Assembly: GCA_964601155.1 (NCBI GenBank)
Contig: CAZRMO010000002.1
Coordinates: 25,685-89,684 of the forward strand
Origin: an uncultured Enterobacteriaceae bacterium
GTDB taxonomy: Bacteria; Pseudomonadota; Gammaproteobacteria; Burkholderiales; SG8-39
DNA: 64,000 nucleotides
Direction of reading: 5' to 3'
The translations under genes and the position numbers were made by a program. Below the pieces are notes generated by a model, which worked only from the letters and a program-made list of their open reading frames with translations, made no database searches and was not told where the DNA came from. Positions 19,938 to 28,774 of this stretch are shown piece after piece. Position 1 is the first letter of the stretch. Each line of letters begins with the position of its first letter.

Positions 19938-20672
19938 ATGAACGGCAAGACCCACTTTGGTTACGAACAGATAGACGAGGCCGATAAGGCGCGCAAGGTA
20001 GCGGGCGTATTCGACTCCGTTGCACCCAGCTACGACCTCATGAACGACCTGATGTCGGCCGGGATGCACCGCGCGTGGAAGGCGTTCACCATCGCATTGG
20101 CCGGTATCAGGGCGGGCGAGCGTGTGCTCGACGTTGCCTCCGGCAGCGGCGATCTCGCACGCGCGTTCGCCGGGCGTGTCGGCCCCGAAGGCGAAGTCTG
20201 GCTCACCGACATCAATCGTGCCATGCTCGCGCGCGGACGCGACCGATTGCTCGACGAGGGGCACGCGCTGCCGCTGGCGCAGTGCGATGCGGAGCGCCTG
20301 CCGTTTCCTACCGATTATTTCGACTGCATAAGCGTCGCCTTCGGACTGCGCAACATGACCCACAAGGAGGCGGCGCTCGCCGAGATGCGCCGCGTGCTCA
20401 AGCCGGGCGGGCGCTTGCTGGTGCTCGAATTCTCCCGTGTGTGGCGGCCTTTGACGCGTGCCTACGACTGGTATTCGTTCACGGTCCTGCCCTGGCTCGG
20501 CTCCAAGTTTGCGGGCGACGCCGGCAGTTATCGCTATCTTGCCGAATCCATACGCATGCACCCCGACCAGGAGCAGTTGAAGACCCTAATGGAACAGGCG
20601 GGCCTCGCACGCGTCGAATATTTCAACCTGAGCGCCGGTGTGGTCGCCCTGCATCGCGCTTACAAGCTTTGA
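19938..20672 (+). CDS. ubiE: Ubiquinone/menaquinone biosynthesis C-methyltransferase
   Basis: THFGYEQI N-terminus and SAM motif [12 protein letters not shown]. Upstream of ubiJ and ubiB. Confidence 0.93.
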   Translation: MNGKTHFGYEQIDEADKARKVAGVFDSVAPSYDLMNDLMSAGMHRAWKAFTIALAGIRAGERVLDVASGSGDLARAFAGRVGPEGEVWLTDINRAMLARGRDRLLDEGHALPLAQCDAERLPFPTDYFDCISVAFGLRNMTHKEAALAEMRRVLKPGGRLLVLEFSRVWRPLTRAYDWYSFTVLPWLGSKFAGDAGSYRYLAESIRMHPDQEQLKTLMEQAGLARVEYFNLSAGVVALHRAYKL

Positions 20673-20716
20673 TGCCATCGGCGCATAATGAACGGCTGGC
20701 GCTGCAACGGAACAAC

Positions 20717-20851
20717 ATGAAACAGCCGAAATCGGCATTGATCACTGCATTCCTCGCGTCGACGGCCGCGGTCGCCGAGGCCCGGCGCTTGGCGAAACCG
20801 GTGTCCGGTGCGACCGGCTGGGTGCCCGCGAACAGACGGCAAATGCAGTAA
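20717..20851 (+). pseudogene. 44-aa ORF, possible remnant of the Tim44-like gene usually found between ubiE and ubiJ
   Basis: MKQPKSALITAFLASTAAVAEARRLAKPVSGATGWVPANRRQMQ. Only a hydrophobic N-terminus plus an AEARRL segment remain. Interpreted from remembered synteny in other Betaproteobacteria. Confidence 0.25.
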
Positions 20852-20875
20852 GCGGGCCCAACATCCGAGGAAGCC

Positions 20876-21454
20876 GTGTTGCCACAACCTGGAATTTTCG
20901 CTCTCAACCACCTACTCGGCGCCGAAGCCTGGGCGCGTGACAAACTCAAGCCCTATGCCGGGGAGTGCGTGGAATTCCGCTCCCCGCCTCTGCCCGCGCT
21001 GCGCCTGGACATCCTCGACTCCGGGCTGGTGGGCGGCGCAGCCCAGGACGCGGTGCCCAGCTTGGTTGTCACCATCGGACCAAGCGCGTTGCCGGCGTCG
21101 CTGCGCGGTGAAGACGCGTTGATGCGCGAAATCGGCATCGAAGGGAACGCTGACCTAGCCGGCACGGTGCAATACCTGTTCCGGCATTTGCGCTGGGACC
21201 TCGCGGAGGATCTGTCCAAGGTGTTCGGCGACGTGTTCGCCCAGCGCATGGTGAGCGAAGGCAGGCGCTTCGCGGCGTGGAACCGCGAGGCCGGCGAAAA
21301 GCTGGCGCAAAACTTTGCCGAATACTGGATCGAGGAGCAGCCGCTCTTGGCCCGTCCTGCCGACGTGCGCCAATTCCTGACTGACGCCGACCAGCTGCGC
21401 GATGACTTGGCGCGGCTGCAGAAGCGGATCGAAATCTTAACCGGGAAAGCCTGA
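20876..21454 (+). CDS. ubiJ: Ubiquinone biosynthesis accessory factor UbiJ (SCP2 domain)
   Basis: GTG 20876 preceded by GAGGAAG. N-terminus LNHLL...W...L..YAG is typical of UbiJ. Sits between ubiE and ubiB. Confidence 0.8.
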   Translation: MLPQPGIFALNHLLGAEAWARDKLKPYAGECVEFRSPPLPALRLDILDSGLVGGAAQDAVPSLVVTIGPSALPASLRGEDALMREIGIEGNADLAGTVQYLFRHLRWDLAEDLSKVFGDVFAQRMVSEGRRFAAWNREAGEKLAQNFAEYWIEEQPLLARPADVRQFLTDADQLRDDLARLQKRIEILTGKA

Positions 21455-21562
21455 ACCGCGGAGGATGCAGAGGACGCAAACGCATACGCCGCCGTCTTTA
21501 TCCGGCATCCTTGACGCCCTTAGCAGTTAAAATTCGTTTTCCGATCCCCGCAGGCCGATCAA

Positions 21563-23098
21563 TTGCAGCGTCTTCTTCGCCTCGCCCGTATCATCATCGT
21601 CGGCATCCGCTTCGGCCTGGATGAGTTCGTGCTCGCCCACGCGCGCACGCGCCTCCTGCTCTTGGCGGTGCAGCGCGTGCTGTTCTGGCGCAGGCTGACC
21701 GAGCCGCGCGCGGTGCGCCTGCGCCTCGCACTGGAAGCGCTCGGGCCGTTGTTCGTCAAGTTCGGCCAGGTACTCTCCACCCGGCGCGACCTGCTGCCCA
21801 CCGATATCGCGGACGAGCTGGCGCGGCTGCAGGACCAGGTGGCGCCGTTTTCGACTGAACTGGCCCATGCCCAACTGGAACGCGCGTTTGGACGGCCGGT
21901 GGCGCAGGTATTCGAACAATTCGAAGCGCGGCCGGTGGCGAGCGCCTCCATCGCACAAGTGCACTTTGCGGTGCTGCCCGGCGGGCGCGAATGCGCGGTC
22001 AAGATACTGCGCCCGAACATGCAGCAAGCGATCGAAAAGGATGTGGCCCTACTCGACAGCGCCGCCGGCCTGATCGAGGCGCTGTGGGTCGACGGCCGAC
22101 GCCTGAAACCACGCAAGGTGGTGGCGGAATTCGCCATGCACCTCAACGACGAACTCGATCTGATGCGCGAAGCGTCGAATGCGAGCCAGCTGCGGCGCAA
22201 CTTCGCCGCCTCGCCGCTGCTGATGATTCCGGAAATCTATTGGGACTACTGCTCGTCCTCGGTGATGGTGATGCAGCGCATCAGCGGCATTCCGATCAGC
22301 CACGTGGAGGAGTTGCGCGCCGCCGGCGTGGACATCCCGCGCATCGCCCGCGCCGGGGTGGAGATCTTCTTCACCCAGGTGTTCCGCGACGGCTTTTTCC
22401 ACGCCGACATGCACCCGGGCAACATTTTCGTCTCCACCGACCCCGAAATCCGCGGCAAGTATATCGCCGTCGATTTCGGCATCATGGGCACGCTCACCGA
22501 CGTCGACAAGAATTATCTGGCGCAGAATTTTCTCGCTTTCTTCCAGCGCGATTACAAGCGCGTGGCGCAGGCGCACCTGGAAGCCGGCTGGGTACCGCCC
22601 GACACACGCATAGACGAGTTCGAAAACGCAATCCGCGCCGTGTGCGAGCCGGTGTTCGACCGGCCGATTAAGGACATTTCCTTCGGCCGGGTGCTGCTGC
22701 GCCTGTTCCAGACTTCGCGCCGCTTCCATGTCGAAATCCAGCCGCAGTTGGTGATGCTGCAAAAGACGCTGCTCAACATAGAGGGCCTGGGGCGGCAGCT
22801 CGACCCTGACCTCGATCTGTGGAAAACGGCCAAGCCCTATCTCGAGCGCTGGATGAGCGAGCAGCTGGGCTGGCGCGGCTTCGTACGCAACGTACTGAAC
22901 GAGGCGCCGCGCTGGGCCAGCATGATGCCGCAGCTGCCGCGCCTGGCACACCGCGCCCTCTACGCCGACCACGTGGCCGGAATCGAGCAGGCGCTGGAGC
23001 AGCTCGCAGCCGAGCAAAGGCGGCGCCACCGCAGCACCGTTGTGCTCGGCGTCCTGCTCGCCGTCTTGCTCGCCTGGCATATCTACCTGGTGTTATAG
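21563..23098 (+). CDS. ubiB: Ubiquinone biosynthesis kinase-like protein UbiB (ABC1 family)
   Basis: 511 aa. [11 protein letters not shown]...AVKILRP ABC1 motifs and a C-terminal TM segment. TTG start. Confidence 0.93.
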   Translation: MQRLLRLARIIIVGIRFGLDEFVLAHARTRLLLLAVQRVLFWRRLTEPRAVRLRLALEALGPLFVKFGQVLSTRRDLLPTDIADELARLQDQVAPFSTELAHAQLERAFGRPVAQVFEQFEARPVASASIAQVHFAVLPGGRECAVKILRPNMQQAIEKDVALLDSAAGLIEALWVDGRRLKPRKVVAEFAMHLNDELDLMREASNASQLRRNFAASPLLMIPEIYWDYCSSSVMVMQRISGIPISHVEELRAAGVDIPRIARAGVEIFFTQVFRDGFFHADMHPGNIFVSTDPEIRGKYIAVDFGIMGTLTDVDKNYLAQNFLAFFQRDYKRVAQAHLEAGWVPPDTRIDEFENAIRAVCEPVFDRPIKDISFGRVLLRLFQTSRRFHVEIQPQLVMLQKTLLNIEGLGRQLDPDLDLWKTAKPYLERWMSEQLGWRGFVRNVLNEAPRWASMMPQLPRLAHRALYADHVAGIEQALEQLAAEQRRRHRSTVVLGVLLAVLLAWHIYLVL

Positions 23099-23187
23099 CA
23101 GCGACGCAGATTTCGCCGATGCGGGGCCGCAGCATACAAACTCGATCGGCGACGGATCCATTTTGCGCTTGTTCGGTCGGTCATCAC

Positions 23188-23214
23188 AACACGCCGCTGC
23201 GCGTGTTCGTTTTT
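23188..23214 (+). terminator. Rho-independent terminator after ubiB
   Basis: 7-bp stem aacacgc/gcgtgtt with a 6-nt loop, followed by cgttttt. Confidence 0.55.
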
Positions 23215-23272
23215 GAGTCTTACGCGCGGTTCCGCCGGCGTCGCCCTTTCGCGGGCACGGTAGAATCCGGTC

Positions 23273-23785
23273 ATGAACGAGAAGCTGATTGCGCTCGAAG
23301 CGGACATTACCACTCTGCAGGTAGACGCCATCGTCAACGCGGCCAACAACGCTCTGCTGGGCGGCGGCGGCGTTGACGGCGCGATCCACCGCGCCGCCGG
23401 ACCCGAGTTGCTCGCCGAGTGCCGCACCTTGAAAGGCTGCCCCACGGGGCGCGCCAAACTCACGCGCGGCTATCGCCTACCGGCGAAATACGTGATCCAC
23501 ACCGTAGGGCCGGTTTGGCAGGGCGGATCGCGGGGCGAGCCCGAACTGCTCGCCTCCTGCTACCGCGAGAGCCTGGCGCTGGGCCTCGCGCACGGCGTCA
23601 CCAGCATCGCCTTCCCCGCGATCAGCTGCGGCGTCTACGGCTACCCCTTGCAGCAGGCGGCGCGCATTGCGCTGCGCGAATGCGCGGCGGTCGCTGCAGC
23701 CGAAGCGCAAATCGCGCGGATCGTGTTCGCCTGCTTCAGCACCGAAATGCTGACGCTCTACCGGGCGGCACTGGCGGGACCGTAG
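23273..23785 (+). CDS. ymdB: Macro domain protein (O-acetyl-ADP-ribose deacetylase type)
   Basis: [29 protein letters not shown] and [13 protein letters not shown] macro-domain motifs. Confidence 0.88.
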   Translation: MNEKLIALEADITTLQVDAIVNAANNALLGGGGVDGAIHRAAGPELLAECRTLKGCPTGRAKLTRGYRLPAKYVIHTVGPVWQGGSRGEPELLASCYRESLALGLAHGVTSIAFPAISCGVYGYPLQQAARIALRECAAVAAAEAQIARIVFACFSTEMLTLYRAALAGP

Positions 23786-23786
23786 C

Positions 23787-24908
23787 ATGGCGCGCACCGA
23801 GCCCGTGGTCGAAGCCAGGCCGTCGCCCCGACCTTCACCTTTGGCGCGCTACCTGCTGCTCGCTTATGTGCTGCTCATTGTTTACGCCAGCCTGTATCCC
23901 TTCTCCGGCTGGCGCGATCAGGGCGTAGGGCCGTTCGCCTATCTTTCCGGGCATCTGCCGCGCTACATCACCGCTTTCGACGTGATGACCAATTTGATCG
24001 CCTACATGCCCTTGGGATTTCTTGCGCTGCTGGCCTTGCACCCGCTTGTGCGCGGCAAACGCGCGTTCGCCCTGTCCAGCCTGGCTAGCTGCGCGCTGAG
24101 TTTCACCATGGAGGCGCTGCAGACCTACCTTCCCAGCCGCATCTCGTCCAGTCTCGATCTCGCCACCAACAGCCTGGGCGCCCTCGTCGGCGCCGGCCTG
24201 GCGCTGTACTTCGGCGCCGGCCTGCTCGGCCGCGGAAAAATGCACGAACTGCGCCATCGTTGGGTGCTCGACGGCCACCAGTACGACCTGGGTCTGGTGT
24301 TGCTCGGGCTGTGGCTGTTCACCCAACTCAACCCGGCGACCCTGCTGTTCGGCAACGGCGATCTGCGCGGCCTGTTCGCGGAAGTGCCGGCCGTGCTGCA
24401 TCCGGTCGAAGTGTTCATCCAGATGGAGGCGGCGGTCACGGCCTGCAACATGGTCGCGATCGGCCTGTTCCTGTCATGCCTGGCGCAAGACGAACGGCCG
24501 CTGCGCGGCCTGTTGCTGGGGCTGCTCGCGGCCGCGCTGGCGCTGAAGACTGTCGCGGTGGGCGAATTGCTCAAGGCGCAGACCGTGTTCGCCTGGCTCA
24601 CGCCGGGTGCACTGCTCGGCCTGGTAGCCGGCGCCCTGGCCCTGATGCTGGTGCTGGCGCTGCCGCGCGCGGCACGCATGGCGCTCGCGGGCTTGCTGCT
24701 GATGGCCGCGACCGTGCTGGTCAACCTCGCACCCGAGAACCCCTATTTCGTCGACACCCTGCAGTTCTGGCCGCAAGGCTACTTTCTCAACTTCAACGGG
24801 GTAACGCATCTGGTCTCGCTCGTCTGGCCGTTCGCCACCTTGTTTTATCTGTTGCTGCTCGCGCCGCGCTCGGCCGGAGCAGGTTCGGGCGGCGCCGACC
24901 GGCTATAA
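23787..24908 (+). CDS. VanZ family membrane protein (long form)
   Basis: The N-terminal part LLLAYVLLIVYASLYPFSGWR plus following helices resemble VanZ. About 200 extra C-terminal hydrophobic residues. The start lies 1 nt after the macro-domain gene stop. Confidence 0.7.
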   Translation: MARTEPVVEARPSPRPSPLARYLLLAYVLLIVYASLYPFSGWRDQGVGPFAYLSGHLPRYITAFDVMTNLIAYMPLGFLALLALHPLVRGKRAFALSSLASCALSFTMEALQTYLPSRISSSLDLATNSLGALVGAGLALYFGAGLLGRGKMHELRHRWVLDGHQYDLGLVLLGLWLFTQLNPATLLFGNGDLRGLFAEVPAVLHPVEVFIQMEAAVTACNMVAIGLFLSCLAQDERPLRGLLLGLLAAALALKTVAVGELLKAQTVFAWLTPGALLGLVAGALALMLVLALPRAARMALAGLLLMAATVLVNLAPENPYFVDTLQFWPQGYFLNFNGVTHLVSLVWPFATLFYLLLLAPRSAGAGSGGADRL

Positions 24909-24978
24909 TTTGCCTTCGTCGGGGGCATTCCGGCCAACTGCCTGCCCCTCAACGACGATTCTCTTGAGCCTATCCTAC

Positions 24979-25287
24979 ATGAGCTATTACACCCACCACG
25001 TTTTCTTTTGCTGCAACCAGCGTGACGGCGAACGCGTCTGCTGCAACGACAAGGGCGCGAGCAGGCTGCGCGACTACGCCAAGCAGCGCGTGAAGGAACT
25101 GGATATCGCCGGCAAAGGCGGGGTGCGCGTCAACCAAGCGGGCTGCCTGGACCGCTGCGAGGAAGGGCCCTGCATCGTCGTCTACCCGGAGGAGACCTGG
25201 TACACCTATATCGATGAGCACGATATCGACGAGATCATCGAGGAACACCTGCGCAATGGACGCGTAGTCGAGCGCCTGAAAATATGA
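24979..25287 (+). CDS. Thioredoxin-like [2Fe-2S] ferredoxin
   Basis: ATG 24979 within ORF 24910..25287. Cys ligand pairs FFCCNQR...CCN and GCLDRCEEGP. Confidence 0.8.
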   Translation: MSYYTHHVFFCCNQRDGERVCCNDKGASRLRDYAKQRVKELDIAGKGGVRVNQAGCLDRCEEGPCIVVYPEETWYTYIDEHDIDEIIEEHLRNGRVVERLKI

Positions 25288-25940
25288 CGCGGGCGGCGAA
25301 AGAGCGCTTGCTGCTCGAAGGCGCGGCGGGCGAGATTGAATGCATTATCGACCTGCCCGCGGGCGGCGAAAGCCGCGACAGGTTTCACGACGCCCCGAGG
25401 GGCGTGGCGCTGGTCGCGCACCCGCACCCGCTGTTCGGCGGCAGCCTCGACAACAAAGTGGCGCAGACCCTGGCCAAGACTTTCGTCGAGCTCGGCTATG
25501 TCGCGCTGCGGCCCAACTTCCGCGGCGTGGGCGCGAGCGCGGGCGAGCACGACCAGGGGCGCGGCGAAACCGAGGACCTGCTCGCCGTCATCGATTACGC
25601 GCGCGCGCGCTTTCACGCGGGGGCGCCGGTGCTGGCGGGCTTCTCCTTCGGCGCCTACGTGCAGACGCTGGTGGCGCGCCGCGTTCAACCCGAGCGCATG
25701 GCACTGGTGGGCGTGGCCGCAGGTTTCGTCAGCGGCGGTCGCAGCTACACGTCCGAACCGGTCCCGGCGGATAGCATCATCATTCACGGCGAGCTGGACG
25801 AGACGGTGCCGCTCGCCAACGTGCTCGCCTGGGCGCGGCCGCAGGAGTTGCCGGTGGTCGTGGTGCCGGGCGCAGACCATTTTTTTCACCGGCGGCTGCA
25901 TCTCATAAAGAACATCGTCAAGGGTTCGTGGCAGCGTTGA
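25284..25940 (+). CDS. Alpha/beta hydrolase fold protein
   Basis: VALVAHPHPLFGG, FRGVGASAG and the LAGFSFGA nucleophile-elbow-like motif. ATGA overlap with the ferredoxin gene. Confidence 0.75.
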   Translation: MTRAAKERLLLEGAAGEIECIIDLPAGGESRDRFHDAPRGVALVAHPHPLFGGSLDNKVAQTLAKTFVELGYVALRPNFRGVGASAGEHDQGRGETEDLLAVIDYARARFHAGAPVLAGFSFGAYVQTLVARRVQPERMALVGVAAGFVSGGRSYTSEPVPADSIIIHGELDETVPLANVLAWARPQELPVVVVPGADHFFHRRLHLIKNIVKGSWQR

Positions 25941-25953
25941 AGCTGCAAACGCC

Positions 25954-27162
25954 ATGAGCGTCACCGCAAAATCGATACGCAACGCCGCCGCTTTGCTCGC
26001 GGGCAATGTGGTCGACACGCCCTGTCTGTACTCGCGCACGCTGTCGGAAATCACCGGCGCCGAGGTGTATCTCAAGTTCGAAAACCTGCAGTTCACCGCT
26101 TCGTTCAAGGAACGCGGCGCGCTGGTGAAGCTGCTCTCGCTCGCGAGCGCGGAGCGCGCAGCCGGCGTGCTCGCCGTGTCCGCGGGCAATCACGCGCAGG
26201 GCGTGGCCTATCATGCGAAGCGCCTGGGCCTGCACGCCGTGATCGTCATGCCGCGCCACACGCCGCATGTGAAGGTGGAGCATACGCGCGCCTTCGGCGC
26301 CGAAGTGATCCTCGCCGGCGACAATTTCGATGAAGCCAAGGCGCAGGGTCTAGCGCTCGTCGACGAACGCGGGCTGACGCTGGTGCACCCCTACGACGAC
26401 GAGCGCGTTATCAGCGGGCAGGGCACGGTGGCCCTGGAAATGCTCGCGCGCGAGCCGCAACTGGAGATCCTGGTCGTGCCCGTAGGCGGGGGCGGGCTGA
26501 TCGCCGGCATGGCGGTCGCGGCCAAGGCAGTCAAACCGGAAATCGAGCTATACGGCGTGGAGAGCGAGAACTTTCCGTCCATGCATTGCGCGCTGCGCGG
26601 CGAGACGCCCCGCTTCGCCGCCAATACCATCGCCGAAGGGATCGCCGTCAAGCAGCCCGGCGCGCTCACCCTGCCCATCGTGCGCGAACTCGCGCGCGGC
26701 GTGCTGCTCGTAGGCGAGGGCGAGATCGAGCATGCCATCGTGCTGCTGCTGGAAATAGAAAAGACGGTGGTCGAGGGCGCCGGCGCGGCCGGTCTTGCCG
26801 CCCTGCTCGCCCATCCTGAGCACTTCCACGGCAAACGCACGGGTATTGTGCTCTCCGGCGGCAATATCGACCCGCTAATGCTGTCGGTGATCATCGAACG
26901 CGGCATGGTACGCGCCGGCCGTCTCACCCGGCTCACGGTGGAGTTACGCGACCTGCCCGGCGCGCTCGCGACGGTCACCGCCTGTCTCGCGCAGGTCAAT
27001 GCCAATATCGAGGAAGTACACCACCAGCGCGCTTTCACCAACCTGCCGCTGCAGACGGCCGAGGTCGATTTCGTGCTGCAGACGCGCAGCCGCGAGCACG
27101 TGGAGGAGATTATTCGCGCGCTGCGCGCCGCCGGCTTCACCGCGCGCAGCCATGCCGCATGA
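25954..27162 (+). CDS. ilvA: Threonine ammonia-lyase (short form with one ACT-like regulatory domain)
   Basis: PLP-lysine motif TASFKERGA, a GGGGLIAG loop, and a C-terminal ACT-like ~80 aa. Confidence 0.88.
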   Translation: MSVTAKSIRNAAALLAGNVVDTPCLYSRTLSEITGAEVYLKFENLQFTASFKERGALVKLLSLASAERAAGVLAVSAGNHAQGVAYHAKRLGLHAVIVMPRHTPHVKVEHTRAFGAEVILAGDNFDEAKAQGLALVDERGLTLVHPYDDERVISGQGTVALEMLAREPQLEILVVPVGGGGLIAGMAVAAKAVKPEIELYGVESENFPSMHCALRGETPRFAANTIAEGIAVKQPGALTLPIVRELARGVLLVGEGEIEHAIVLLLEIEKTVVEGAGAAGLAALLAHPEHFHGKRTGIVLSGGNIDPLMLSVIIERGMVRAGRLTRLTVELRDLPGALATVTACLAQVNANIEEVHHQRAFTNLPLQTAEVDFVLQTRSREHVEEIIRALRAAGFTARSHAA

Positions 27163-27193
27163 ACACAATCAACACCCAACCCGGAGCACGCAC

Positions 27194-27736
27194 ATGAAAC
27201 CAGCCCTCGTTATCATTGATATCCAGAACGACTACTTTCCCGGCGGCAAGATGGAGTTGGAAGGCAGCCCCGAGGCGAGCCTGCAGGCGGCGAAGCTGCT
27301 CGAGAGTTTTCGCGCGAAGGGGCTGCCACTGGTGCACGTCCAGCATGTTTCCAACCGGCCGGGCGCGAGCTTTTTCCTGCCCGACACCGGGGGCGTGAAG
27401 ATTCACACCAATGTTGCACCGCGCGCCAGCGAAACGGTGATCCAAAAACATTTCCCCAACAGCTTTCGCGCCACTGCGCTCCTGGAACACCTGCGCGCGC
27501 TGGATGTCGATCATTTGGTCATCGCCGGCATGATGACTCACATGTGCGTGGACGCGACCACGCGCGCCGCATTCGATCTGGGCTTTTCCTGCAGCCTCGC
27601 GCACGACGCCTGCGCCACCCGCGCCTTGGCGTTCGGCGAGCAGCGCGTGCCCGCAGCACAGGTGCACGCGGCTTTTCTTGCGGCGCTCGCTGGCCTCTAC
27701 GCCAAGGTGCAAAGCGCCGCGGAGCTCGCGGCCTAG
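27194..27736 (+). CDS. Isochorismatase-family cysteine hydrolase
   Basis: ATG 27194 within ORF 26999..27736. ALVIIDIQNDYF motif and catalytic-Cys context AGMMTHMCVDAT. Confidence 0.85.
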   Translation: MKPALVIIDIQNDYFPGGKMELEGSPEASLQAAKLLESFRAKGLPLVHVQHVSNRPGASFFLPDTGGVKIHTNVAPRASETVIQKHFPNSFRATALLEHLRALDVDHLVIAGMMTHMCVDATTRAAFDLGFSCSLAHDACATRALAFGEQRVPAAQVHAAFLAALAGLYAKVQSAAELAA

Positions 27737-27758
27737 CAGAGTATCTAAAAAGGGGCGC

Positions 27759-28331
27759 TTAGGGTTTTCTGCGCCTGCTTGCGCCCAGAAGCTCCGCCGA
27801 TTGCGCAAAACGCTCGGCCGCAGTCATTTCCTGCGGCGACGACCGGCGGAGCAATAGCCACAGCATGGCGCCGTTGACCAAAACAAAAATGACCTCAATC
27901 CAAAGCATGGCTGCGACAACTACGCGCATTGAATTGTCCCCGAACACAAAATAGAAGCCGTCAAACGTAGGCAGTACCGCCGTGGACGCCGCGTAATGAT
28001 CCTGGAACGGCGGGAACAGCAGTGCCAACAGCAGGTTCAAGGCCACCCCCATGAGCACCAGGTTCTGCCGGTCCAGGCGGCGGCGTAGACGCGCCCGCGG
28101 ATGCAGCAACAGCCAGGCGATCGCGGTATTGATCAGCACGATGAATATTTCGATAGAAAAGAAATTATCGTTGAGCACGCGATTGGGGTGGTCAGCAAAC
28201 GCGAACAGGAAGCCGCCGAAGGTGGGCGCGTTGTACTGGGCGTAGCTATGGTAGTCGTACGGCGGAAACAGGAGCATCAGCAGCAAATTGATTGCGGCAA
28301 CGATCAGCATGACTGCCTGGTGTTTGTTCAT
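27759..28331 (-). CDS. Membrane protein of unknown function with internal tandem duplication
   Basis: 190 aa. The two halves align: NLLLMLLFPPYDYH...PTFGGFLFAF.D...IEIFIVLINTAIAWLLL versus NLLLALLFPPFQDH...PTFDGFYFVFGD...IEVIFVLVNGAMLWLLL. Visibly more AT-rich than its neighbours. Confidence 0.7.
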   Translation of the reverse strand: MNKHQAVMLIVAAINLLLMLLFPPYDYHSYAQYNAPTFGGFLFAFADHPNRVLNDNFFSIEIFIVLINTAIAWLLLHPRARLRRRLDRQNLVLMGVALNLLLALLFPPFQDHYAASTAVLPTFDGFYFVFGDNSMRVVVAAMLWIEVIFVLVNGAMLWLLLRRSSPQEMTAAERFAQSAELLGASRRRKP

Positions 28332-28528
28332 CGGATTTTTTATGCTGGACTTAAGCGCATATTAGCCGCTCCCGGGCCGATCGCACGACGAGATCGTTAA
28401 AAATTGCCGAAACGGCCCCCGAATCAGGGGACATAAGGAGAGGGGGGAGCGGGGCACTCTCATGTCGTTAATCTCTTATCAGTCAAGAGTTGACGGAAAT
28501 GGCAAAGATTTTGATAAATGGCGATGAC

Positions 28529-28619
28529 GCGTGCGCGGGGGGATAAACAAGGGGGGATGCATCCCCCCTTGTTCGTCGGATAAGGGTTTTCCCCCGCCGA
28601 GGGCACTTTGCTTAGTTCC
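28529..28619 (+). repeat. Structured intergenic repeat, copy 1 (26-nt perfect palindrome core at 28547-28572)
   Basis: gcgtgc...acaaggggggatgcatccccccttgttcgtcggataagggttttcccccgccgagggcactttgcttagttcc aligns with 34709-34808. Similarity may extend left to 28474 (tcttatca). Confidence 0.7.
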
Positions 28620-28774
28620 GGCTAGTCCGGTTTAGGAAGTTTAAGTGGGTGCCGTTCGCGCTCCTGCTTCCGGGCCCGGCGATGCGCGCGAGCTTCCGGC
28701 CATGCCGTACATTCTCTCAGTCGGTTTTATGTTACTTTGGTATTCGAGCTTCGATCGATCATCGCCGATTTCCC

